From: Mobula hypostoma
Lineage: Eukaryota
Direction of reading: 5' to 3'
Length of the DNA stretch: 64,000 bases
Assembly (NCBI RefSeq): GCF_963921235.1
Contig: NC_086097.1
Location: forward strand, 190,714,001-190,778,000
The notes under the pieces were generated by a model. That model was not told where the DNA came from. It ran no database searches and saw only the letters and a list, made by a program, of their open reading frames with translations. Positions within the stretch are counted from its first letter, which is position 1. Every line of letters begins with the position of its first letter. Positions 50,671 to 63,162 of this stretch are shown here, in pieces. The position numbers and the translations under genes were made by a program.

Positions 50671-52847
50671 ACTAGGAACTAAGGATATACAGAAAATAAG
50701 AATGCTTAGCCGTTTTTACGTATAAATTTGCAAACCTTTCTTGTTGTCTTACTTCATTCAGTTTCTAAAAGGTTTTCTTACTTGCTGCATTGTTTCATTC
50801 ACATATCTCTTCTAGGACACTGACACCTATCTTCAACTTTACCAGATGAAAGTGTGCAGTTTCTCTGGCCACTACTCTGCTTGAAATTCTGCAGCAGCAC
50901 TGGCTTTTACAAACTACAATACAGAAAATGATTAATAGAAAAATAAACAACTGGTGAAGATTAAATTTGCGATTTGTAGTAAAATTATGATGGAGCGTAA
51001 GTATTGCTTAAGTTTGGTTGCACAGGAAAATCTACACCAGCATCTAATTATTTGAAAAAAAACATTATTCTGATTAATTTTAAAGTGTCGGCTGTGATTC
51101 GGAATATTATTCAATGTGACAAATATTGAGCTACACGTCAATGGTTATTTAACATTATTAATGGATCACAAAAATGTCTGGAACTTTTAATAGCAAGATT
51201 GAATGAAGTACTATAGAGTCAAATAAGCTCTACAGTCATGAACACATTATTTTGCCAATTCTTTTGTTTCATAACAAGATTTCAACTTCCCCAGCACTCA
51301 TTTTTCTTCATGTGCATTAACCAGATGAGAATCTTGATCACTTATGCAAGTTTGATAGTTAATTGGTTAACAGAATCTACAGAAATGTTTCATCACGGGA
51401 ACCACAATTGCACATCATCAAATCAAATTTAGGTTCACATGTCTGCAGATGATTGATTGAGCAGATAAAATATTGATTTGACTGTCTCAAACCATAGCAA
51501 TGAATTCAAACATTATTTATATTGCCCTTTTGTGAGAGTTTTGAAGAACAAAGAACCATTTGAAGCATCCTCTGTAGAAATTTCTTTAATCAGCTTTGTT
51601 TCAAGCCTTATGTGCTTACTTTCAATCCTGCAAATAAACATTAGTGCAACAAGTCAACATTTTAAATGAAAGTGCTGTTGAAATACAATTTTTGAACTGT
51701 GATGATACTAAAAATGTTTTAATATTTAAGAAGAGGCAAGATAATCTAAGTACCATGTTGTGAAATGGAGTGTTTTTTTTCCAGGCTCAACAAGTTTTCA
51801 TTCGTAATGCAGAGGAAATCAAACATCTCCTGTCAGAGCTAGCTGTTATCCCATTCAACTATGGAGCCATCTTGAATGCATTAGGATATGGCCATTGAAG
51901 CACATTAGGATAATCAAATATTGCTTAGATGACAGTGCAGTATGTTCAGGCACATGTTCTAATCAATCAGTCAGCTAAACCACTCATCAAATACATTCAT
52001 GAAAGTTATTGACCATTTTAATTCAACATCAAATTATTGAATTGTTTCCAAGATGGATAGCATCAATGCATTATGACCATTCAGCAGGCTACTGTCTAAT
52101 TTGCCATATAATCAGCAGCCTAGAGATGCATGATGGCCCCCAGTAATGTCTCTGATTTCTTATCTTTTCCTTTGTCTGAGTAAAAAACAAGCCCCAGAGA
52201 GCACTTCTGCTTGAGTGTCCTTTATGGCTGGCATGTTCATGGTGGGTCGAGGGTCTATTTCTGTCTGTATGACTCTATGAATCAACTGAGGACCTACTGA
52301 GGGTGGTATTATGAGTAGAAAATTCATTGCCTTAGTTGCATTAATTCTGCATTTAAACCTTTTTTTACAATTTGTATTTTTATCAAATTCTTCAATTAAA
52401 CTCTGTTCTACATATTTTCTGTGCTTTGAAGCTCTGTTTACAATGTGTAGAAATGTTATAGTATGAGTACATGCCCTGTACAAAATAAGTACTCTGGCTA
52501 ATGAAGAAATTACATAGTATCTTGTATATTTTTTCAGTAAATGAAGGAAACATTAGGGAGGGTCAGAAGTTTGAACATGGCAATATTAGAGTGGAATTTA
52601 TATACATTTGCTGAGGGCCATTAAATTAATGGTAGTCAGGTAAAGCAAGTGGCAAAACCATCTTCACAAGACAGTAGTGTGGCCATTTGACTAACCTGAA
52701 CCATACTTCACAGGTACAATCATTATTGAATTACTTTCAGATTTTTGCTGCGTACTTAAATAAAGTCTTGGAAATGTTGGTGTGAGATTTATTTTGTATT
52801 TCTAATATAAATAAAGGAAATGCAAAATTGATAATAACAAATTTAAT

Positions 52848-53156
52848 AATAATAGGCATTCGTTAGTCTCGTGAGACCATGGATTTGCACCTGGGAAGGT
52901 TTCCAGGGTGCTGGCCTGGGCAAGGTTGTATGGAAGACCAGCAGTTGCCCATGCTGCAAGTCTCCCCTCTCCACGTCACCGATGTTGTCCAAAGGAAGGG
53001 CATGAGGACCCATACAGCTGGGCACCGGTGTCGTCGCAGAGCAATGTGTGGTTAAGTGCCTTGCTCAAGGACACAACACACAGCCTCAGCCAAGGCTCGA
53101 ACTAGCGACCTTCAGATCACTAGATGAATGCCTTAACCACTTGGCCATGCGCCAAC
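52848..53156 (-). mobile_element. tRNA-derived CORE-like SINE, second copy
   Basis: Reverse-complement match to 37241-37543; (TTA)n tail; flanking AATAACAA(A)TTTAAT duplication. Confidence 0.88.
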
Positions 53157-53699
53157 AATAACAATTTAATTAATGATAAATTGATGATAACTGTTATCAC
53201 TGTATACTGATTAAATTTGCTTGTAAACAATAACTTGTTTTCAGATAATACTTTTATTATAGTAAACCACTTCAAGACTCATCAACATTATCAAGGAGTC
53301 TGACAACAAATCAGGTAAGAGCATGAAAGTACAGGTGATTAAAAAAAACAGCTTTTGTTGTTATGTTCATGACGTGGGAGTCACTGGCAAGGCCAATAGT
53401 AATAGCTATCTTCTTAAACTGTTGGGGGTCTGTATTTCAAAATTGCTACCACTATGCTAATAGGTAGTGAGCTCTTGGATCTTAATTGAAAATTTTGACT
53501 CAGATATGTAAAGTATGCCATTGATAGGAATTGGAAAAAGGTGGGTGCTCTATTTGGGTGAACCCCTCCCTCATTCTTCTCATTGATGGAAGTGATGAGA
53601 TTTGGAGATGCTTTGAAGAAACTTAACTCAGTTGCTGTTGCTTACTATTGTAAATAATACTGCTGTCATATTCTGCCAGTGAATACCTGTGTGGAATGA

Positions 53700-54965
53700 A
53701 TTCTGCTAATATTATCTCTTCTATAGCTCAGTAACCGGAATTCCACACAATATTCCAAGTTTGATCTCACCCATGTCCTGTAAGGTAAGCATGTCAGTTG
53801 CCCTCTATAGCTCGCTGCCTGCCTGTGTTGCCAATTTTAGTGAACTATGTATTTGTACATCTGGGTATCTCTGTTCTAGAACACACACTAGGACCATACT
53901 ATTTCCTGTGTAAGCTTGCCCTGGTTTAACTTAATAAAGTGCAATCCTTGGCATTTCTCCAAATAAAAATTTATCTGCCATCCATTGCTCCACTTTTTCA
54001 CTTGTTGTAGATCCTGATGTCATCTTAAAGAACCTTCTTTGTGGTCCACCAATGTTGGTGTCAACCACAAAATTAGTAACGTTGACAGCTATATTCTTGT
54101 CCAAGTGCTTAATTATAGGTCATAAACAACAACGGATACTACACCAATCCCTGTGGCACACCACTGTTCATAGGTTACCAAACTGAAAAATAACTCGCAG
54201 CAATTACTCGCTCATTACTATCACCAAGCCAATTGGTTAGCTCATGCTCGATCGCATGTGTTCGAACCATCTATACCACCCTCACATATGGGCCTTTACC
54301 TAAGGATTTACTAAAATGTAGATAATGTCTACCACCCTCCCTTCAGTTAAATACATTTGCCAAGAAGATACAAGAGCCTGAGAGGCTGGTAGCCAGCTCC
54401 TCCTTCCTACTATCATTAATTATCCTGACTATCATTAATTAGTCCTTGCCTTTTTAAATGCATGTAGATCCTATCACTCTGAGTCCTCTCTAGTAACTTT
54501 ACCACCACTGATGTTAGGTTCACCAGCCCGTTGTTCCTAGGATTATTCTTGTGGCCCGTTTCAAATAAAGGCACAACATTAGCCACCTTTGAGTCTTCTG
54601 ATACTTCACCTACGGCAAACAGTGATACAAGTATCTCTCCCACAGTTTCAATAATTTCTTCCCTGGTTTTCTATTTTGTCCTAGCCCTGGGGATTGTCCT
54701 GATATAGTCTTCAAAACAAAACACAAACAAATGCTTTCCTCACACAAATACTGTATGATCTGCTGACTTCCTGCAACAGATTGCTTGGTTGCTTCAGATT
54801 TCAGCATTTGCAGTCTCTTACATCCCGGGATTTATCCACCTTTATACACTTCAAGATCTTCAATGCTTCCTCTTTTTGTAATGTGGATCACTATTCTCTT
54901 CCCTGATTTCCCTAGCTTCCATTGTCTTCTCCATGGTAAATACAGGCAATAAGTATTAACTTAAG
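53700..54965 (-). mobile_element. Old CR1 RT fragment
   Basis: ORF 54416-54643 GEVSEDSKVANVVPLF..VNLTSVVVKLLE; short Penelope-tail insert at ~54715-54820. Confidence 0.8.
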
Positions 54966-56040
54966 ACTTTGTAAATACAGATGAGGAATATTCCTCGTGA
55001 TGATAATACCATTGAATTTCAAGAAAACCAGTGGAGATAATCAGTGCTTGAAATCATTTGTCACTTGAATATAAATTGTCACTTGTCTAAATTCTTTTGG
55101 AATGTTGTCTAATTGTTGGTCTATGCAAGTATGGACTGCTTCATTACTTGAGATGATGTAACTCTCTGTTCAATCATCTGGAAATGCTCTCAATTTGTGA
55201 AGGAGGAGAGTCAAAGTTGCTAAAGATGTTTTAGCTTAAGATTATGCCTAATATTTGTAGAAGAGCCTGATATGTTTGATTCTAAAGTCTTGTGAAAATC
55301 TTGCATTAGATCTCTGCCAAGAAACCTTTTAGCTTGGTCTCCATTCAGTTCAACTTCACTAGCCAATTGTTGCCTTCTTGTCTCTATATTTTAGCAATAC
55401 TACTCTGCTTATTCATTTTCTTATTAATTCTCACTGTTCAAATTCAAAACAAAATAAACTTACTCCCTCGATTCTCCGTTGAATATTAGAAGTTGAATCC
55501 TTTTTAAGAATGCAGGTGGTGTAGGATGCACACTACGGTGAGTTCACATCGTAGTCAGATGAAGGCCTCCCCCAACAGGCTTGCAAGCAATTGCTTGCCA
55601 GCTGGCACATCTCAATCATTGTTTAATCACAGAAGTATGAGTGTTATTGAAGGGCCTCTGTGAAGTCACCCATCTGCATATACAAACAGGAAGGCACAGC
55701 TATAAATAGAAATAGATCAGAAGCTTTTTATGGGAATGGTCCAGCCTGTATCCACACAATTGTTTTTTGTCATTCTCAAAACAAAGAAGATTGCAAGGCT
55801 TCAGGGCAACACAGGTTCCAAGCCCCAACCTGGATTATTAATCTAAAAATCTGATTTAAATATGTTAAACATCAGAACTTTTAATATAATTACTTTATTT
55901 CTAGAAAGGCTCAAGTAGTATGCTTCCTATCACTGGTCACTTCAGCAGTAATTATAGCCTCAGTTCCTCTACATTGGAGGCAAAGTAGGAAGGAGGAGCT
56001 GGCTACCAGCCTCTCAGGCTCTTGTATCTTCTTGGCAAAT
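54355..56040. repeat. Perfect 57-bp inverted repeat pair (54355-54411 and 55984-56040)
   Basis: ATTTGCCAAGAAGATACAAG...CCTTCCTACT is the exact reverse complement of 55984-56040. Confidence 0.95.
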
Positions 56041-56218
56041 AGAAACATAGAAAATAGGTGCAGGAATAGGCCATTCAGCCCTTCGAGCCTGCACCGCCAC
56101 TCAGTACGATCATGGCTGATCATCCAACTCAGAACCCTGTACCTGCCTTCTCTGCATACCCCCTGATCCCTTTAGCCACAAGGGCCATATCTAACTCCCT
56201 CTTAAATATAGCCAATGA
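56041..56218 (-). mobile_element. Short young CR1 3' end
   Basis: AGAAACATAGAAAATAGGTGCAGGA tail and 3' UTR. Confidence 0.88.
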
Positions 56219-57489
56219 TATAGGCAACATAATATAACTTTTAATATGCAGGTGCATTTACCTGCACCTGGACCAAAACCCTCCATACCCCTCCCATCAA
56301 TGTACCCATCGAAATTTCTCTAAAATGTTGAACTTGAGCTCACATGCACCATTTGCACTGAAAGCAAGTTCCACACTCTCATGTGTGGAAATTTCTCACT
56401 TAGTTTCTGAATGAAGAAGTTTTCCCTCATGTTCTCCTTAAACATTTCTCCTTTCACCTTAACCCATGTCCTCCAGTTGTTGTCCTACCCACCCTCAGTG
56501 GAAAAAGACTTATTGGATTTACTCCATCTATACCCCTCATAATTTCGTATACCTCTATCAAATCTCCCCTCAATCTTCTATGTTCCAAGGAAAAAAAGTC
56601 CTAACCTATTCAATCTTTCCTTGTAACTTAGGTCCTTCTGTCCCGGGAACATGCTTGTAAATTTTTTCTGTGCTCTTTTAACCTTATTTACATATATCCT
56701 GTAGGTAGGTGACCAAAACTGCACACAGTACTCCAGATTAGGCCTCACCTATGTCTTATACGACTTCAACGTATCATTCCATCTCCTGTACTCAGTATTT
56801 TGATTTATGAAGGCCAAAGTACCAAAAGTATTCTTTATGACCCTATCTACTAGTGCCACCACTTTCAATCCTCTGCCTTGTTATCATTAACCTTCCTGGT
56901 AACTTCCTTGAAAAACTGTTTAAGATAGGTTAGATACAACCTGTTGTGCACAAAGCCATGCTTACTAACCCAAATCAATCCATGTCTATATTCAGTCCCA
57001 TAGAATACCTTCCAATAATTTTCCCACTACTGAGATCAGGCTCACCCACCTATAATTTTCTGCTTATTTTTAGGTACAGACCTTCTTAAACAGTGGAACA
57101 TCATTAGCTTTCCTCCAATCCTTTGGTACTTCACCTGTCGCGAAGGATGATTTAAATATTTCTGCTAGGGCCCCTGCAATTTCTGCACTTGCCTCCCACA
57201 TGGTCCAAGTGAACACCTTGTCAGGCCTTGGGAATTTATTAGCCCTAATTTGCCTCAAGACAGCATCATTCTCTCCTCTGTTATCCATGTCCACACTATT
57301 GCTTTGCCTCACTTCTATAGACTCTATGTTCATCTCCCAAATAAATACAGATACAAAAAATCGTCTTAAGATCTCTCCCATTTCCTTTGGCTCCACGCAT
57401 AGATTACCATTCTGATCTTCCAGTGCACCAATGTTATCCCTTGCAGCCGTTTTGCTCTTAACATATATGTCAAATCCCTTAGGATTTTT

Positions 57490-59935
57490 TGTAATGTGGA
57501 TAATAGGAGTCTAGATGGTTTAGAGTTTGTAAAATGTGTTCAGGAAAGTTTTCTAAATCAGTATATAGAGGGACAAACTAAAGGGGATGCAATATTGGAT
57601 CTCCTGTTAGGAAACAAATTAGGGCAAGTGACAGAAGTCTGTGCAGGGGAGCACTTTGGTTCCAGTGATCATAACACCATTAGTTTCAACTTGATCATGG
57701 ACAAGGATAGATCTGGTCCTAGGGTTGAGGTTCTGAAATGGAAGAAGGCCAAATTTGAAGAAATGAGAAAGGATCTAAAAAACGTGGATTGGGACAGGTT
57801 GTTCTCTGGCAAAGATGTGATTGGTAGGTGGGAAGCCTTCAAAGGGGAAATTTTGAGAGTGCAGAGTTTGTATGTTCCTGTCAGGATTAAAGGCAAATTG
57901 AATAGGAATAAGGAACCTTGGTTCTCAAGGGATATTGCAACTCTGATAAAGAAGAAGAGGGAGTTGTATGAAATGTATAGGAAACAGGGGGTAAATCAGG
58001 TGCTTGAGGAGTATAAGAAGTGCAAGAAAATACTTAAGAAAGAAATCAGGAGGGCAAAAAGAAGACATGAGGTTGCCTTGGCAGTCAAAGTGAAGGATAA
58101 TCCAAAGAGCTTTTACAAGTATATTAAGAGCAAAAGGATTGTAAGGGATAAAATTGGCCCTCTTGAAGATCAGAGTGGTCGGCTTTGTGCGGAACCAAAG
58201 GAAATGAGGGAGATCTTAAATAGGTTTTTTTGCGTCTGTATTTACTAAGGAAGCTGGCATGAAATCTATGGAATTGAGGGAATCAAGTAGTGAGACCATG
58301 GAAACTGTACAGATTGAAAAGGAGGAGGTGCTTGCTGTCTTGAGGAAAATTAAAGTGGATAAATCCCCGGGACCTGACAGAGTGTTCCCTCGGACCTTGA
58401 AGGAGACTAGTGTTGAAATTGCGGGGGCCCTGGCAGAAATATTTAAAATGTCGCTGTCTACGGGTAAAGTGCCGGAGGATTGGAGAGTGGCTCATGTTGT
58501 TCCGTTGTTTAAAAAAGGATCGAAAAGTAATCCGGGAAATTATAGGCCCGTGAGTTTAACATCAGTAGTAGGTAAGTTATTGGAGGGAGTACTAAGAGAC
58601 AGAATCTATAAGCATTTGGATAGACAGGGACTTATTAGGGAGAGTCAACATGGCTTTGTGCGTGGTAGGTCATGTTTGACCAATCTGTTGGAGTTTGTTG
58701 AGGAGGTTACCAGGAAAGTGAATGAAGGGAAGGCAGTGGATATTGTCTACATGGACTTCAGTAAGGCCTTTGACAAGGTCCCGCATGGGAGGTTAGTTAG
58801 GAAAATTCAGTCGCTAGGTGTACATGGAGAGGTGGTAAATTGGATTATACATTGGCTCGATGGAAGAAGCCAGAGAATGGTGGTAGAGAATTGCTTCTCT
58901 GAATGGAGGCCTGTGACTAGTGATGTAACACAGGGATTAGTGCTGGGTGCATTGTTATTTGTCATCTATATCAATGATCTGGATGATAATGTGGTAAATT
59001 GGATCAGCAAGTTTGCTGATGATACAAAGATTGGAGGTGTAGTAGACAGTGAGGAAGGTTTTCAGAGCCTGCAGAGGGACTTGGACCAGCTGGAAAAATG
59101 GGCTGAAAAATGGCAGATGGAGTTTAATAAGGACAAGTGTGAGGTATTGCATGTTGGAAGGACAAACCAACGTAGAACATACAGGGTTAATGGTAAGGCA
59201 CTGAGGAGTGCAGTGGAACAGAGGGATCTGCGAATACAGATACAAAATTCCCTAAAAGTGTCGTCACAGGTAGATAGGGTCGTAAAGAGAGCTTTTGGTA
59301 CATTGGCCTTTATTATTCGAAGTATTGAGTATAAGAGCTGGAATGTTATGATGAGGTTGTATAAGGCATTGGTGAGGCCGAATCTGGAGTATTGTGTTCA
59401 GTTTTGGTCACCAAATTACAGGAAGGATATAAATAAGGTTGAAAGAGTGCAGAGAAGGTTTACAAGGATGTTGCCGGGACTTGAGAAACTCAGTTACAGA
59501 GAAAGGTTGAATAGGTTAGGACTTTATTCCCTGGAGTGTAGAAGAATGAGGGGAGATTTGATAGAGGTATATAAAATTATGATGGGTATAGATAGAGTGA
59601 ATGCAAGCAGGCTTTTTCCACTGAGGCAAGGGGAGAAAAAAACCAGAGGACATGGGTTAAGGGTGAGGGGTGAAATGTTTAAAGGGAACATTAGGGGGGG
59701 CTTCTTCACACAGAGAGTGGTGGGAGTATGGAATGAGCTGCCAGACGAGGTGGTAAATGAGGGTTCTTTTTTAACATTTAAGAATAAATTGGACAGATAC
59801 ATGGATGGGAGGTGTATGGAGGGATATGGTCCGTGTGCGGGTCAGCGGGACTAGGCAGAAAATGGTTTGGCACAGCCAAGAAGGGCCAAAGGGCCTGTTT
59901 CTGTGCTGTAGTTTCTATGGTTCTATGGTTCTATG
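57490..59935 (+). mobile_element. Young 5'-truncated CR1 (end of endonuclease, full RT, 3' tail)
   Basis: ORFs 57496-58248 and 58259-59854 are joined by one frameshift in a T7 run; (GTTCTATG)n tail ends 59935. Confidence 0.96.
58259..59854 (+). pseudogene. CR1 reverse transcriptase ORF (531 aa, N-terminally truncated)
   Basis: KSPGPD, NYRPVSLTS, QHGF, DFSKAFDKV, SKFADD, LVRPNLEYC; the GVPQGSVLGP motif reads DVTQGLVLGA. Confidence 0.9.
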
Positions 59936-59995
59936 ATTCTCCTTCACCTTGTCTGTTAGGGCAACCTCATGCCTTCTTTAAGCTGTCCTGATTTT

Positions 59996-60965
59996 AAAGG
60001 TTTCAAATATTTCAAAGGTACATTTAATGTCAGAGAAATGTATACAATATACACCCTGAAATGCTCCTTCTTTGCAACTATCCACGAAAACAGAGGAGTG
60101 TCCCCAAAGAATGAATGACAGTTAAGTGTTAGAACCCCAAAGTCCTTCCCAGCTCCCCTCTCTCCCCCGTATAAGCAGCAGCAATGGTCCTCCCTCCCCC
60201 CAACTAGCAAAAAAAAGCATTGACACCCACCACTGAGCACTCAAGCATGCAGCAAAGACACAAACTTACAGTTACCCCAAAGACTACGCATTCACCCGGT
60301 ATTCAACATACCACAGGCTTTCTCTCTCCCTAATGAGGGAGAAAGAAATGTCTCCATTTCACAGTGAGAGGGGAGACATAACAAACAACCCGCTGGTTTA
60401 CGATGTTAAAAGTTCGTTGCGTTGCTTTTATGGAGCTCTGTGCCCAAAGATCTCAGAACTCTGGGCACACAGCCATAGATCATCCAACTCCCATCTCCTG
60501 ACGGGACACCAACCTCTGGTCTGCCAGCCTCCAGAGCCATGAAGTCACAAAACTCCGAAGGTGAACTAAGCTCTTAGGCTACATCCTTAGCATGTCGAAT
60601 AACGGTCAATTGTGAAACCCCGAGAGTGGGTCCCATTCCTGCAAAGAACCATAGTCAGCATGTAACTCCAGGTCAGGGTCTTTAAAAGAACCCTGAAAGG
60701 GAAAAATGGAGATATTAGATTATGAGAACATGCATTAAGAAATGATACAATGTTTCTCTGGCGTGATATTACAGAAAACAAGACAGACCAAAGACTAACA
60801 CTGACAAAACCACATAATTATACCATATAGTTACAGCAGTGCAAAGCAATACTATAATTTGATGAAGAACAGTCCATAGGCACAGATATTAAAGTTGGAA
60901 ATAAAGCTGTTTCCGAAGATGCAAACAAAGGAGTTGCCGTTTGAAGCCATCATGACTAAGCACGC
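59996..60965 (-). mobile_element. Non-coding element with Rex-like tail, containing a nested insert
   Basis: Interrupts CR1; tail TTCAAAGGTACATTTAATGTCAGAGAAATGTATACAATATACACCCTGAAAT. Confidence 0.65.
60717..60885 (-). mobile_element. Truncated copy of the 9656-10261 element
   Basis: Matches 9656-9860; AGATATTA duplicated at 60710-60717 and 60884-60891. Confidence 0.85.
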
Positions 60966-62283
60966 CCTTCAACATCTTCAAGTGTTTCTTCAAGCATTCT
61001 CTTGCACTTCTTATATTCCATAAGCATGGCCTTAGTCCTACATGCCTATACCTGCTATGTAAGTCCTTTTTTTTTTTCTTAACTGGGGCCTCAATATCTC
61101 CTGAAAACCATGGTTTCCTAAACCTGTTATCTTTATCTTTTATACTCACAGGCACATGCAAGCTTTGTACTCTCAAAATTTCACTTTGGAAGGCTTCCCA
61201 CTTACCAAGTACAATTTTGCCAGCAAACAACCTGTCCTAGTTTTCACTTGCCAGATCTTTTCTGATACCATCAAAACTGGCCTTTCTTCCAATTTAGAAT
61301 ATCAACCTATCTTTTTCCATATTTACTTTGAAACAATGGCATTATGATTATTAGATGCAACGTGTTCCTCTGTCACCTGTCCTGTCTCATTACCTAAGAG
61401 GAGATCAAGGATCACACCCTCTCTTGTTGAGGCTTTTATGTACTGATTAAGGAAACTTCCCTGAACACTTTTGATGAAATCTATCCCATTTAGTCCTTTT
61501 ACAGTATGGGAGTCCCAGTCAATATGTGGAAAGTTAAAATCACCGACTAGAATAACGTTACGTTTCTTGCAACAGACTGTGACCTCGCTTCAAAATTGTT
61601 CCTCTAAACCCCTTTGATTGTTGGGTGGTCTATAACGTAGCCCCATTAATGTGGTCATACCTTTCTTATTCTTCAGTTCCACTGATAAAGCCTCACAGGA
61701 TGAGTTCTCTAGTCTATCCTGACTGAGCACTGCCATGACATTTTCCCTGACTAATAACACCACTCCTCTCCCTTTAATCATTCCCACTCTGTTGTGTCTG
61801 AAACAATGGAACCCCTGAATATTGAGCTGCCAGCCCAGCCCCTCTGCAGCCAAGTCTCACTAATAGCTATAAAATCATAATTCCATAGGGTAGATCCATG
61901 TCCTGAACTCATCTGCCTTTCCTACCATATACAGTGATATACTTCCCAAAATTTTATTTAGAGTGAAGTATGAGCTTAGAAGGCTTAAATTCAGGAAAGC
62001 TGGGGTGAATCCATTCTATTGAGCTGTGAAATATGATGTCTATGCATATAGAAAGATAAAGTGCATTGAAAAAGAATGTACTGTGAGGTTACAGTCATGG
62101 TAACATATGATGATTATGATATTAATGCCTGGAATAAATCTACTTAAATTAGAAACAGTGATGATATCCTGACATACAGATTTATAATGTTAAACTCCTG
62201 GGATCTAATGCTGAATCCAAAAATACATCATTGCTTTCAGTATTCTCTGAAATTCATTAGGTTTTCCTTAACCCACTATACGT

Positions 62284-62700
62284 ACACAGTGGCCACTTTA
62301 TTATATATAGGAATGGAATCTGGTGTAGTCTTCTGTTGCTGTAGCCCATCCACTTCAAGGCTCAATGCGTTGGCTTTCAGAGATACTCTTCTGCATACCA
62401 CCATTGTAACATGTGGTTATTTGAATTACTATCTCTTTCCCATCAGCCTGAACCAGTCTGGCCATTCTCCTCCAACCTCTCCCATTAACAAGTCATTTTC
62501 ACCCAGAAAAATGCAGTTCAGTGGATGTTTTTGTTTTTTGCGCTATTCTCTATAAACTCAGGAGACTGCTGTGCATGAAAATCCAGGAGATCACCACTCC
62601 ATCAAGCATGACCAATCATTTCACAGTCAAAGTCACTAAAATTTCACTTTTCCCCTATTGTGATGCTTGGTCTGACAACAACTGAACATCTTGACCATAT
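62284..62700. mobile_element. Tc1/mariner-like DNA transposon remnant
   Basis: TACACAGTGGCCACTTTATT terminus and TGTAGCCCATCCACTTCAAGG..CAGTCTGGCCATTCTCCTC segments recognised from fish Tc1-like elements; no transposase ORF. Confidence 0.6.
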
Positions 62701-62922
62701 CTCTGTCTGACCTGTGATTTTTTTCTTCAAGGCCTCAAAATAAATTACAGGTAAAAATAGATTCTTGATGCTGCAATGCAACTTAAATTCTCCGAGCTTG
62801 CTCATTTATCTGACCTATGTGACCTAAACTGATTAGTAAATGAAATGGTTGATTCTTCCAATAATAACTTTTCAAGCACAGTGGCCCCACCTGGGGTTAA
62901 AATGAGATCACATAGTAAAGCA

Positions 62923-63162
62923 ACACACATCAAAGCTGCTAGTGAACGCAGCAGGCCAGGCAGCATCTCTAGGAAGATGTACAGTCGACGTTTCTGGCCG
63001 AGACCCTTCTAGCTCTTCTTTCAGTTAGTCCTGACCTAGGGTCTCGGCCTGAAACGTCGATTGTACCTCTCCCTAGAGATGCTGCCTGGTCTGCTGCATT
63101 CACCAGCAACTTTGATGTGTGTTCCAGCATCTGCAGAATTCCTCGTGTTTGCGTTTTTAAAT
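62923..63162. mobile_element. Inverted dimer of Penelope-tail repeat with hammerhead-like motifs
   Basis: ~86-bp inverted arms; 15-bp TSD TCACATAGTAAAGCA at 62908-62922 and 63163-63177. Confidence 0.88.

Larger units (their letters stand above)
56260..61930 (-). mobile_element. Older CR1 ORF2 fragmented by later insertions (pieces 56260-57486, 59936-59995, ~60975-61930)
   Basis: ORFs 57070-57396, 60889-61230 and 61590-61853 (GRGVVLLV..RYRPPN endonuclease) are colinear on the minus strand. Confidence 0.85.

Noticed and set aside
54355..56040. DNA transposon bounded by 57-bp TIRs, or an inversion
   Set aside because: The CR1 continues in the same orientation across the left arm, and I saw no TSD or transposase
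58259..59854. RT as a prokaryotic retron, DGR or group II intron enzyme
   Set aside because: Motifs, upstream endonuclease remnant and microsatellite tail identify a CR1 LINE
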